DNA of 64,000 nucleotides. Source: Candidatus Babeliales bacterium. GTDB lineage: Bacteria > Babelota > Babeliae > Babelales > JBFXEV01. Every line of letters begins with the position of its first letter. The first letter of the stretch is position 1. Below the pieces are notes generated by a model. It saw nothing but the letters and a program-made list of their open reading frames with translations. It ran no database searches and was not told the DNA's origin. Below are positions 48,913 through 57,712 of this stretch, piece by piece. Where the stretch lies: the NCBI GenBank assembly GCA_050179755.1, contig JBFXEV010000001.1, positions 489,994-553,993 on the forward strand, read 5' to 3'. The position numbers were made by a program, and so were the translations under genes.

Positions 48913-49986
48913 TTACTTAATTTCAGGATATTTTGCGGGTGCTTTTAAGCAATATGCTGCAAGATAGCTGCCCTCAGGGTGCTCAGCAATAGTAACATAT
49001 TTTCGTTCCATAAAACCGCCCCGCTCTGATCGTTTCTGCATTTGTGTTGTAATAATATCATGTACGTCAATGTTGTGCGCAACACACAGCGCATCAATAA
49101 CTTCGTAGACGTCAGCAAGTTCATGTATCAGCTCTGCGTGCGTAATTGCAGCTTTTACTTCCTTTGCCTCTTCAAGCAGTTTCAAGCGCAATTCATGATC
49201 AAACTCTTGATCAGTAAGATACTTGGTATGAATTACCGATCCTTGTTCTTGCGCTTGCCTGGGCATTTTATCGCGCCATAATTTATTTTGTACAAAGTAG
49301 CGGTATTTAGGTTGTGCGGGTTGTTCTGTGCATGCATTGCTTTCAAACATAGCCAAAAACTTTTTAAGTGCGCGCATGCGATATTGGTATGGTTCGCCTT
49401 TGTCTTCTTGAACTAACTCGTCTACCGTTTGAGTGGCTCCATCGGGAATAAAGATAGTGTCAAAAGGCGCTTCTTTTCTATGAAGATCAAGCCGCGCACA
49501 AGTAGTAATAGTGCCGTGAATAGTTTCTTCTATGATCGCATATTCATTATCGCCGTACATAAATACAAGCACAATGCGAATATGCATTCGTTGCCCGGTT
49601 TCGATTAATTTAAAAATGCCAGGAAGACCTAATGTTTTATACACAAACTTGGTCATGGTGCCAGGAAAATCGGGATATGCATCAAAAAATACTGCGGTAT
49701 CATCAACAAGCACTGGCTGTTTTAGTGTTTGCCATGCTGCGCGTGCTTTATCAAGTGCGATAGTTTTTTGATCCAGTGTTTGTATTTCTGGAATATCAAG
49801 ATCGCATTGCTGTAATGTTATATGTGAGGCATATTTTTTAAAAAAATCACTTGCTTCTTGGAGTTTTATGGCGTTGCCAGTTACATAATACAGTTGATTG
49901 ATATCTGAGAATGAAGGTCGTGCTGCATTTAAAATATTCATAGTATACCCCATACAAATGATAAGAATCGTGATTTGTTTATGCAT
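48913..49986 (-). CDS. HAM1/ITPase fused to MazG-like (PRA-PH type) pyrophosphohydrolase
   Basis: VTGN..K..E, IPEIQ, VDDT....YP.FPG..TK, FDTIFIPDG; then NKLWRDK, KLLEEAKE, ELADVYEV, KRSERGGF; start MHKQ at 49986. Confidence 0.85.
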   Translation of the reverse strand: MHKQITILIICMGYTMNILNAARPSFSDINQLYYVTGNAIKLQEASDFFKKYASHITLQQCDLDIPEIQTLDQKTIALDKARAAWQTLKQPVLVDDTAVFFDAYPDFPGTMTKFVYKTLGLPGIFKLIETGQRMHIRIVLVFMYGDNEYAIIEETIHGTITTCARLDLHRKEAPFDTIFIPDGATQTVDELVQEDKGEPYQYRMRALKKFLAMFESNACTEQPAQPKYRYFVQNKLWRDKMPRQAQEQGSVIHTKYLTDQEFDHELRLKLLEEAKEVKAAITHAELIHELADVYEVIDALCVAHNIDVHDIITTQMQKRSERGGFMERKYVTIAEHPEGSYLAAYCLKAPAKYPEIK

Positions 49987-50066
49987 TGCTTTTATTGACT
50001 CGTGTTTGGTGATTGCATTAAAGTTAGAATAACAAAGTGATATAAAATAACCAGTCGGAGACAAAA

Positions 50067-50954
50067 ATGATAGTAAAATATTTATTGATACTAAGCAGCT
50101 TGTTGTTAAGTGTACAGCTTGATGCCATGCAAGCGCCAGAACAACCATTGCGTATAATGACGTTTAATGTGCGTAGAGCTGGCAAAGAAAGCGCCGACAA
50201 CATGCAAAAAAGTTGGACGAACCGCAAACCGCTTGTTGTTGCAGCTCTTAAAGCGTTGCAGCCTGATATATTTGGTTTGCAAGAACCAACCATTGAACAA
50301 ATTCAAGATATAGAAAATGGCCTTGGTGCGGAGTATGCATGGGTTGGTAAAGGCCGCGGTAAAGAATGGTGGGGAAAATCAGAAGATGAATATAACCCAC
50401 TCTTTTATAAAAACAAACGATTAGAACTTTTAGATTCTGGCACGTTTGTGCTTAATCCATCAGGCGCTTTAAATTGGAGATTTCTATGGAGCCCTAGAAC
50501 CGTTGGCTTGCTCACGCGCATTTCCACCTGGGGCAAATTTAAAGACAGGTTGAATGGCCAAGAATTTTATGTATACAACACACATCTTGATCATAAGTTT
50601 GCAGCAGCGCAAGTGCATGGCATGCAAGCAATTTGCACCAAGATTGGTGAATGTACTGATAAGTTACCGGTAATTTTAATGGGTGATTTTAATACTGAAT
50701 TAACGCCGGCCTTGCTCGAGGGTGAGCTCAAAGATTTTGCCAATACTAAAGCTCTTGCGCAAAATCGAGTTGGCCCAGATCAAACGCGTACGGGGTGGGA
50801 TTTTAAAGAGCTTAAGGACATTGATCATATTTTAGTGAGTAAGCAAGCTCCGGTGGTGGTCAAAGAGCATCGTGTGGTGCAAGAGGAAAGCCGTGAGCGT
50901 ATGCCCAGTGATCATAGGCCAGTGCTTGTTGATCTTCTGTTTATAAAAAAATAA
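50067..50954 (+). CDS. Secreted endonuclease/exonuclease/phosphatase family protein
   Basis: Signal peptide; MTFNVR, PDIFGLQE, NTHLDH, MGDFN, IDHI, SDHRPV. Confidence 0.92.
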   Translation: MIVKYLLILSSLLLSVQLDAMQAPEQPLRIMTFNVRRAGKESADNMQKSWTNRKPLVVAALKALQPDIFGLQEPTIEQIQDIENGLGAEYAWVGKGRGKEWWGKSEDEYNPLFYKNKRLELLDSGTFVLNPSGALNWRFLWSPRTVGLLTRISTWGKFKDRLNGQEFYVYNTHLDHKFAAAQVHGMQAICTKIGECTDKLPVILMGDFNTELTPALLEGELKDFANTKALAQNRVGPDQTRTGWDFKELKDIDHILVSKQAPVVVKEHRVVQEESRERMPSDHRPVLVDLLFIKK

Positions 50955-51030
50955 TAAAAAAGAGAGTTGTATATTTTTTTGTAATTTAAGTACACTGTTT
51001 TTAAAGAATTAAATTTTAAAAGGGTGTGCC

Positions 51031-51597
51031 GTGAAAAAGTATATGCTCAGTTGTTTATTATTGGTTTGTGGAACTGCATCAGCCTACCAGTATCTTTATG
51101 CACCATGGCGCACTGATTATATTTTAAATACTGGCCACAAGCCGGTTGTAAGCTATGATAAGGAGTCATGTGTTTTTTGTGAACGCATTGCAGCTCACGC
51201 TGATGACGTGCATTTTATTTTGCATCGGGCAAAGCACCACATTGTAATTCTTAATAGATACCCATATAATACAGGGCATTTATTGATTATGCCTTATGCA
51301 CATAGCGCCAATTTAGATGATTTATCTGATGATGCACGTTTTGAATTAATAGAACTTGTTACACGCAGTGTGCAAGTACTTAAAAAACGATTAGATGCTC
51401 ATGCAGTTAATGTGGGCATTAATTTGGGAAGCGCGGCTGGGGCCGGCATCCCTGCGCATTTGCATGTTCATTTAGTACCGCGTTGGGAACGTGATACGGG
51501 TTTTTTGGATACGTGCGCTGAAACTAAATTGGTATCAGTTGATTTGGTGAAAGTTTATGAGCAACTAAAAATATGTTTTGAAGCACTAGAAGTTTGA
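51031..51597 (+). CDS. HIT-family nucleotide hydrolase with signal peptide
   Basis: LYAPWR, CVFC, LNRYPYNTGH, N.GINLG.AAGAGI..HLHVHLVPRW..D. Confidence 0.9.
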   Translation: MKKYMLSCLLLVCGTASAYQYLYAPWRTDYILNTGHKPVVSYDKESCVFCERIAAHADDVHFILHRAKHHIVILNRYPYNTGHLLIMPYAHSANLDDLSDDARFELIELVTRSVQVLKKRLDAHAVNVGINLGSAAGAGIPAHLHVHLVPRWERDTGFLDTCAETKLVSVDLVKVYEQLKICFEALEV

Positions 51598-51650
51598 GAT
51601 ATGAAATGAACACCATGCAAGCAAGCGAACCGCTACATGTTTATTAAAAT

Positions 51651-51690
51651 TACAAAGAAGTACTTAGTTTTTACTTGGTACTTCTTTGTA
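51651..51690. terminator. Hairpin between convergent genes
   Basis: tacaaagaagtac...gtacttctttgta 13-bp perfect stem. Confidence 0.65.
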
Positions 51691-51709
51691 CAAAGAATTT
51701 TTTGTCTTT

Positions 51710-52780
51710 TTAGAATGTCATATTAAATGCAACGTACGGGCCAGTAAGTGCAAAGTTGCTTACATTATTGCGGAACGTTCTTGCAAACACACCCACAGAC
51801 GCTACCTCTGCATTAACATTTGACACTTCACTGCCCACATCTATTTGCTGTAAGGCGTTAAAGTATACGCGTGCCTCATAACCAACTTCTAAGCGAGCCG
51901 TATAAGTGCACCAGAAGCGAGCCTCATAAGCGGCACCGATTCTTTGTTCAAACACAGGTACAACAATAGTCATTTTGTCAGTTATCACTGTTTGTAAGTT
52001 AGGATAGGTTATCGGCCCAATGGGTGGCGCTGGTTGCACAGGAGATACGGAGCTAAACAAAGTATCATTTTTTCGTTTACCTATAAGAATCGCTGCTGCG
52101 AGTTTGCCAGAAAGACTTAAGCCACAAAATATATCATAGTCAAAGCAAGCGCCGAATTCAGGACCGGCACCTTTAAAACTTATGGGTGCAATTATGGAGC
52201 GCGTAGTGTTGCCATTAGTGCTTGAAAAGAAGCTGGTTGTTGTTTGTTTAAGGGAGGTAAAGTTTACACCACCAAAAAAGTGAGTTTCTAAGTTGCCAAA
52301 CTCAACAAATTGCGCAACGTTTACATGTACTGTGTTAAAATTGAATTTTGTTCGTCCTGTTGAATTTTGATAAGGTGTTGCTTCTGGTCCAATTTCAAAA
52401 AAGGGCCCTATCATGTCTGTAGGGGCAGGTGCAGTGTGAGAATTTTCTGATGTAGAATTAAAATGCTCCCAATTGATGCCTAAGCTTCTACAATCATTAA
52501 AAAGGCTTGAGCGCACGCCCAGGTCAAAGCCAAAATGATATGTAGGATGTATGTCATAAATTGTCCAACGTGGCGAAGGTGCTGGTAGCGTGGTAGCCTG
52601 TGCTGCATAATGCAAGTTGCTCGTGCTCGGCTTAAGAATCAATGCTCTAAATTGAACAGCAAACGTATAGGGAATGCTGCTTACAGAAACATTGCCACAT
52701 GGCCTACAGTCATCATAAGCACGTGCTGTGAGGGCAGGACAAACGGCGAAGGCTATTATATAATAGAGACATTTTTTCAT
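51710..52780 (-). CDS. Lpg1974/MOMP-like outer-membrane porin
   Basis: Signal peptide; LILKP...LHYA, P.YHFGF.LG, F.GAGP.FG, LEVGY, LTGPYVAFNMTF terminal Phe. Confidence 0.75.
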   Translation of the reverse strand: MKKCLYYIIAFAVCPALTARAYDDCRPCGNVSVSSIPYTFAVQFRALILKPSTSNLHYAAQATTLPAPSPRWTIYDIHPTYHFGFDLGVRSSLFNDCRSLGINWEHFNSTSENSHTAPAPTDMIGPFFEIGPEATPYQNSTGRTKFNFNTVHVNVAQFVEFGNLETHFFGGVNFTSLKQTTTSFFSSTNGNTTRSIIAPISFKGAGPEFGACFDYDIFCGLSLSGKLAAAILIGKRKNDTLFSSVSPVQPAPPIGPITYPNLQTVITDKMTIVVPVFEQRIGAAYEARFWCTYTARLEVGYEARVYFNALQQIDVGSEVSNVNAEVASVGVFARTFRNNVSNFALTGPYVAFNMTF

Positions 52781-52933
52781 GTGTACTTCCTTTTTTAAGA
52801 TAGAATTTACTTGGTGGTAAGAAGTTTAGCATATTTTTTTAGTAAAAAAAGCTAGCGAGGATTGTTATATTGAGAAAATGCGTAAAATCAGCTATTATCA
52901 ATCTATTGCTCTCTTGTTATCCAAAGGACTTTT

Positions 52934-55537
52934 ATGAAAACGCTTGAGATCCGCCAGAAATTTTTTGATTTTTTTAAAAAGCATCACCATACAGAAGTGC
53001 CAAGCTCTTCACTTATTCCTGCTCAGGACCCTACACTTTTATTTGCCAATGCAGGGATGAATCAGTTTAAAGACGTATTTTTAGGTAAAGAAAAACGCAG
53101 TTATACGCGCGCGGTTTCAATACAAAAATGTATGCGCGCGGGTGGTAAACATAATGACCTTGATAACGTTGGGTTTACCAAGCGCCATCTTACATTCTTT
53201 GAAATGATGGGCAATTTCTCTTTTGGTGATTATTTTAAAAAAGACGCTATTCAGTTTGCGTGGGACTTTTTGACCAAAGAAATGGGTTTTGATCCTAATA
53301 AAATGTATGCCACTGTGTTTACTAATGATGATGAGTCGTTTGATTTATGGGCAAAGGTTCTGCCCAAAGAGCGCATCTCTCGCTTGGGCGAAGCTGATAA
53401 TTTTTGGGCAATGGGTGATACAGGCCCGTGTGGCCCTTGCACAGAAATTTTTGTTGACCGTGGCCCAAAGATTGGTTGTGGTAAAAAAGAATGTGCACCA
53501 GGATGCTCATGCGATAGATTCCTTGAAGTGTGGAATAACGTTTTTATGCAATATGACCGCCAGCTTGATGGTTCTTTGGTGCCGCTCACACAAACAGGCG
53601 TAGATACTGGTATGGGCTTTGAGCGCTTGTGTGTGATCTTAGAAAATAAAGATTCAGTATTTGAAACTGAAGTGTTCATGCCAACCATACGCCGTACTGA
53701 AGAATTGGTGGGGAAAAAATATGCAGAGCAAACAGATCTTCTTAAAGCGGCGTTTCATGTGCTTGCCGATCATATTCGTGCTTCCTGCTTTTTAATAGCC
53801 GATGGTTGTGCGCCATCAAATGATGGCCGTGGCTATGTACTGCGTAAGGTAATTCGCAGAGCAGCTCTTTTTGCGCAAAAGTTAACAGATAAAAATATTT
53901 TCCCTGAACTTGCAGATGTTATTGTTTTGCAAATGGGGCCAGTGTATCAAGAATTGGTGTCTTCTCGCGATTTGATTAAGTCAGTTTTAAAAAGTGAAAT
54001 TGAGCGGTTTGCAGCCAACTTAGTGCGCGGGCAAGCGATTCTTGAAAAGTATTTTGTAGAACAAAAAGCAAATAAGCAAATTATTGGTGAACAAGTATTT
54101 AAGCTTTATGATACGTATGGTTTCCCGCTTGAACTTGTCAAAATCATTGCACATGAGCGCGGGTTTTCAGTAGATGAATCTGGCTTTGCAAAGTTTATGG
54201 AGCAGCAGCAGCAAGAGTCTGGCAAGAAAACAAAAGATATCTTAGATCATGTGGCTTTAGATGAAAAAATTACCACTACATTTACTGGTTACGATGAGCT
54301 TGAAACATCGTCAGAAGTAGTGGCATTGATATTGGATGACAAAGTGGTAAACAGCGCTCAAAAAGGGCAAGACGTTTGGGTGTTTGCCAAAAAGTCTCCC
54401 TATTTTATTGTGGGTGGTGGGCAAGTGCCAGATGAAGGCTATTTATTGATTGATCACACCATAAAAGCACCGATCAAACAAGTGCGCTATATTGATGGCC
54501 GCATTGCAACGCTTATAGAAGCACCTAGTGAAATTAAGGTTGGTCAAAAAATCACGAGCGTGGTAGATCCGGTATGGCGTACTAACGCTATGAAAAATCA
54601 TACAGGTACTCACTTGTTGCAATCTGCGCTTATTGAAGTACTTGGAAAAACTGTCAAACAATCGGGCTCATTAGTGCACCCTGATTATTTACGTTTTGAT
54701 TTTACGTATCATCGTGCGATCACGCAAGATGAAATTAAGCGCATTGAAGAGGTGGTTAATGAAAAGATTAGAGAAAATATTCCAGTAATTATTGAATATA
54801 CTACGTTGAGTAATGCGCTCAAGAAAGGCGCGTTGGCTTTCTTTGGTGATAAATATAATCCTGAAGATGTACGCTTGGTAAACGTTGCAGACTATTCAAA
54901 TGAGCTTTGTGGCGGCACGCACGTGAATCGCACGGGCGATATTGGCATGTTTAAGATTACCGAGGAAACGGCGCTTTCTGCCGGGCATCGCCGTATTTTT
55001 GCAGTAACGGGGCCACGCGCTCTAGAGTTGTTTCAAAATACGTATGCAAGTATTAAAGAGCTTAGCCAAGAATTTAAAGTACAATTACCCGAAGTTATTG
55101 GTGCTGTTGAAAAACAACATGAACAGCTTAAGCATATGCAAGCACAGATTAAGCAACTTAAAAAACAATTGTGGCATTACCAAGTGCCAGCATGGCAAGC
55201 TGCCACTGAAGTGGTAAACAAGGTGCCTTATTTATATATTCATGTTGCAGATGTTGCATCTGATGAGCTACGAGATATTATAAGTTCATTACAACAAAAA
55301 ACTCCTGGCTTTTATGTTGCAGTAAGCGGCGTTGATAACAGCAGCAACTTTATTGCATCAGTAGCTCCCGCATTTGTTAATCGCATTGATATGAAATCAT
55401 TTGGCGCGTGGCTAAATGATACTGCTAAGTTACGTGGTGGCGGCAAGGCTGACATGTTGCAAGGAGGTGGGCCGAAAGTGGGCAAAGAGCTTGGTGGGCA
55501 GATTAAAGAATGGCTTGTAAAGAATGTTAAAAACTAG
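52934..55537 (+). CDS. alaS: Alanine-tRNA ligase
   Basis: DPTLLFANAGMNQFK, HLTFFEMMGNFSFGDYFK, DTGMG.ER, HTGTHLL, ELCGGTHV, GGGK. Confidence 0.98.
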   Translation: MKTLEIRQKFFDFFKKHHHTEVPSSSLIPAQDPTLLFANAGMNQFKDVFLGKEKRSYTRAVSIQKCMRAGGKHNDLDNVGFTKRHLTFFEMMGNFSFGDYFKKDAIQFAWDFLTKEMGFDPNKMYATVFTNDDESFDLWAKVLPKERISRLGEADNFWAMGDTGPCGPCTEIFVDRGPKIGCGKKECAPGCSCDRFLEVWNNVFMQYDRQLDGSLVPLTQTGVDTGMGFERLCVILENKDSVFETEVFMPTIRRTEELVGKKYAEQTDLLKAAFHVLADHIRASCFLIADGCAPSNDGRGYVLRKVIRRAALFAQKLTDKNIFPELADVIVLQMGPVYQELVSSRDLIKSVLKSEIERFAANLVRGQAILEKYFVEQKANKQIIGEQVFKLYDTYGFPLELVKIIAHERGFSVDESGFAKFMEQQQQESGKKTKDILDHVALDEKITTTFTGYDELETSSEVVALILDDKVVNSAQKGQDVWVFAKKSPYFIVGGGQVPDEGYLLIDHTIKAPIKQVRYIDGRIATLIEAPSEIKVGQKITSVVDPVWRTNAMKNHTGTHLLQSALIEVLGKTVKQSGSLVHPDYLRFDFTYHRAITQDEIKRIEEVVNEKIRENIPVIIEYTTLSNALKKGALAFFGDKYNPEDVRLVNVADYSNELCGGTHVNRTGDIGMFKITEETALSAGHRRIFAVTGPRALELFQNTYASIKELSQEFKVQLPEVIGAVEKQHEQLKHMQAQIKQLKKQLWHYQVPAWQAATEVVNKVPYLYIHVADVASDELRDIISSLQQKTPGFYVAVSGVDNSSNFIASVAPAFVNRIDMKSFGAWLNDTAKLRGGGKADMLQGGGPKVGKELGGQIKEWLVKNVKN

Positions 55538-56342
55538 TTTTTCTCTAGCCGCTCAAGACCCTTTGATGCATTTTCCCTGCGGGAAATTACTCAGGGAGAG
55601 CGGGATTTATTGGTTATTTTTAATAAGTTTTGTTTTTGCTTTTAACTTGCTTGCCGCTCACCCTGAGTGTTCTTTGAGCGTTCAGGCGAAAGAGAAAGCA
55701 GCGAAGGGTCAAGCGGAACAAATATCTGCTGCAGCACAAGTTATGAATAAAGAAATAGAAATCAAAATACAAGTTGATGATGCGCAATTTACCTTGCTCA
55801 AGGCATGGTTGTCTGAGCATGCGGAATTTAAAGGGGCGCTGCATCACACAGAATGGTATCTTGATAATCCGCAAGACACTTTCTTCTTCACCTCGCAAGA
55901 AGGCTATAAAGATGCGCTCAAGTATTTACGTGTGCGGCACACTGAGCGGGGAGATTCGGTAGCATATAAATTGTGGCATAGAGATCCAGAAACGGGTAAA
56001 ACCACGCATTGTGATGAATATGAAACTAACGTTGAGAATGGGCAAGTAATGCTTGCGCTTTTTGCACAATTAGGTTTCTCTGAGCAAACCAAGATTGCAA
56101 AGCGTAGAGAAGCGTATGAAACTCCAGAGTTTGAAATTGCCATTGATCACATTGAAGGCCTTGGTTATTTTGTGGAAATTGAAGTGTTGCATCCTAAAGA
56201 GAATGTAAAAGAGTCACTTGCGGATATTTATGATTTCTTGAAAAGGATTGGCATCACGCGGTTTTGCAAAATAGAACGGGGGTATGTGAGTATGTTTTGG
56301 AATCCAGAATATGATTTTGGTGATTTGGTAGAGTTGAAATAA
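55524..56342 (+). CDS. CYTH-domain protein (class IV adenylate cyclase/triphosphatase)
   Basis: EIEIK, YLRVR, KRREAY, IDHIEGLGYFVEIE, GY; catalytic domain starts at ATG 55743, upstream extension uncertain. Confidence 0.85.
   Translation: MLKTSFSLAAQDPLMHFPCGKLLRESGIYWLFLISFVFAFNLLAAHPECSLSVQAKEKAAKGQAEQISAAAQVMNKEIEIKIQVDDAQFTLLKAWLSEHAEFKGALHHTEWYLDNPQDTFFFTSQEGYKDALKYLRVRHTERGDSVAYKLWHRDPETGKTTHCDEYETNVENGQVMLALFAQLGFSEQTKIAKRREAYETPEFEIAIDHIEGLGYFVEIEVLHPKENVKESLADIYDFLKRIGITRFCKIERGYVSMFWNPEYDFGDLVELK
55549..55603. repeat. REP-like palindromic element, copy A of inverted pair
   Basis: ccgctcaagaccctttgatgcattttccc..gggaaattactcagggagagcgg; same family as 1942-1996. Confidence 0.75.
55654..55716. 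repeat. REP-like palindromic element, copy B (inverted)
   Basis: ccgctcaccctgagtgttc...cgaagggtcaagcgg; reverse complement matches the family. Confidence 0.7.
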
Positions 56343-56399
56343 GTAATCTTACATCGACTTGGTTTAGAAGTTCGGACTTTTTATTTTTTCTTTGCTAAC

Positions 56400-56550
56400 G
56401 CTGCGGACCTGCCGGTCGGGCCAAACTATTTTTCTTGTCAAAAACAGTTTGACCAAAAGACAACCAAGAACTACGTTCTTAGTAATCTCCTTGGTCGTTC
56501 GAATGTTGCCACCGCGCTGCCCCTTCGGGTCGCTTAGTGGCCATGCGAAC
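56400..56550. other. Highly structured non-coding element
   Basis: Stems caaact/agtttg, aagaac/gttctt, accaag/cttggt, and a long gttcg...cTTCGg...cgaac hairpin. Confidence 0.55.
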
Positions 56551-56628
56551 TTAAAAAGACTTTTTACTACTCCATTTTGCGTCGATTATGTCACAAATTT
56601 TACAATACCAATTATGCTTCGAGTTTAA

Positions 56629-56954
56629 ATGCCGAGTGGTGTACGGCGTTGTTCAGCGCTTTTCAGGGGCCTGTCCGCCGGAACTTTAGTGCAGGAGGAT
56701 GCGTTGAAAGAAGGTGACGCTGAGTAGTAGAAGCCACTTACCACAACCCCTTTTCTAGTAGTAATAATATCACTCTTGTTCTTTAAACTTTTTTTAACTA
56801 TGTAAAATAGGCATACTATTAACCTCTGCTCTAGAGGGGTATTTTGAAATACTATGTTACAGAAGAATTACAGGGTAATTACTACTTGCCCTTCTCTGTA
56901 AAAGTGCATGTTTTTTGAAATAGCAAGAGCTTTTATCTCTGTCCCACTCGGCAT
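56629..56954. mobile_element. MITE-like element
   Basis: 11-bp terminal inverted repeats atgccgagtgg/ccactcggcat, TAA on both flanks, no ORF. Confidence 0.45.
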
Positions 56955-56957
56955 TAA

Positions 56958-56986
56958 TTGACAAATAGATGATTATGGTGTACTAT
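56958..56986 (+). promoter_or_regulatory. Sigma70 promoter
   Basis: TTGACA-17 bp-TACTAT upstream of AGGAGG RBS and ATG 57029. Confidence 0.7.
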
Positions 56987-57028
56987 AGTTATAGAGAAAT
57001 TGTTAATTTAACTTATTAAGGAGGTTTC

Positions 57029-57628
57029 ATGAAAACCAATATATCAATATTTATAGTTTTCTCTGCTCTAATTTTTACTCATTCCTCAATCGGTATGATT
57101 CTGCTGGAAAAAAAAGTCAAAATACGTAATTCTGATTTTGGAATGGGCAAACCATATGAAGAAAAAAAACGAAAGTTTAAACGTGAGTTTGTAGAAGCAG
57201 TTAATGATGGAAACCTACTCAAGGTTCTACATGCAAAATGCAAACTCGCAGCATGTTATGATAAAGATGATTATCAACGTGCACAAGTAGACAACAGAAG
57301 AAAGATTTTACTTAATAAAGCTGCTGCTTTCTCGAGTGTTGCCGCTGCAGCTACGCTTGCGGGTTTTGCTGTAGTGAAGCCCAGAATATGGCCAATTCTT
57401 CAATCAAGTATAACAATAGCGAGTTGTGCGGGTGCTGCGTATTATGCGAATAAAGTACATAAAATAACGCCAAAGAATGCTTTTGATCCCGAGAAAAAAT
57501 GGTTGGACAACGAATTAAAATTATTAAAAACAGCTCCCGTTCAAGCTTTTTTTGCACAACGTGAGACGGAACGTAACAAAGAGCTTATTCAATTACTTAA
57601 AGAAAAACAAACAACAAAGCATGCTTAA
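57029..57628 (+). CDS. Secreted/membrane hypothetical protein
   Basis: Strong promoter and RBS; signal peptide ending SIG-MI; two Ala-rich hydrophobic helices. Confidence 0.7.
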   Translation: MKTNISIFIVFSALIFTHSSIGMILLEKKVKIRNSDFGMGKPYEEKKRKFKREFVEAVNDGNLLKVLHAKCKLAACYDKDDYQRAQVDNRRKILLNKAAAFSSVAAAATLAGFAVVKPRIWPILQSSITIASCAGAAYYANKVHKITPKNAFDPEKKWLDNELKLLKTAPVQAFFAQRETERNKELIQLLKEKQTTKHA

Positions 57629-57668
57629 GAACAATATGGCTATCAAATAAATATGAAATTCAAATAAG

Positions 57669-57710
57669 AAAACCCGTTCAAGATCATTATGTATCATTTG
57701 AGCGGGTTTT
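57669..57710. terminator. Bidirectional terminator
   Basis: aaaacccgttcaa...ttgagcgggtttt between convergent genes. Confidence 0.65.
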
Positions 57711-57712
57711 TA

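Noticed and set aside
56392..56628. 78-aa ORF in the structured region
   Set aside because: TTG start, no RBS, no recognisable motif; coincides with hairpins.
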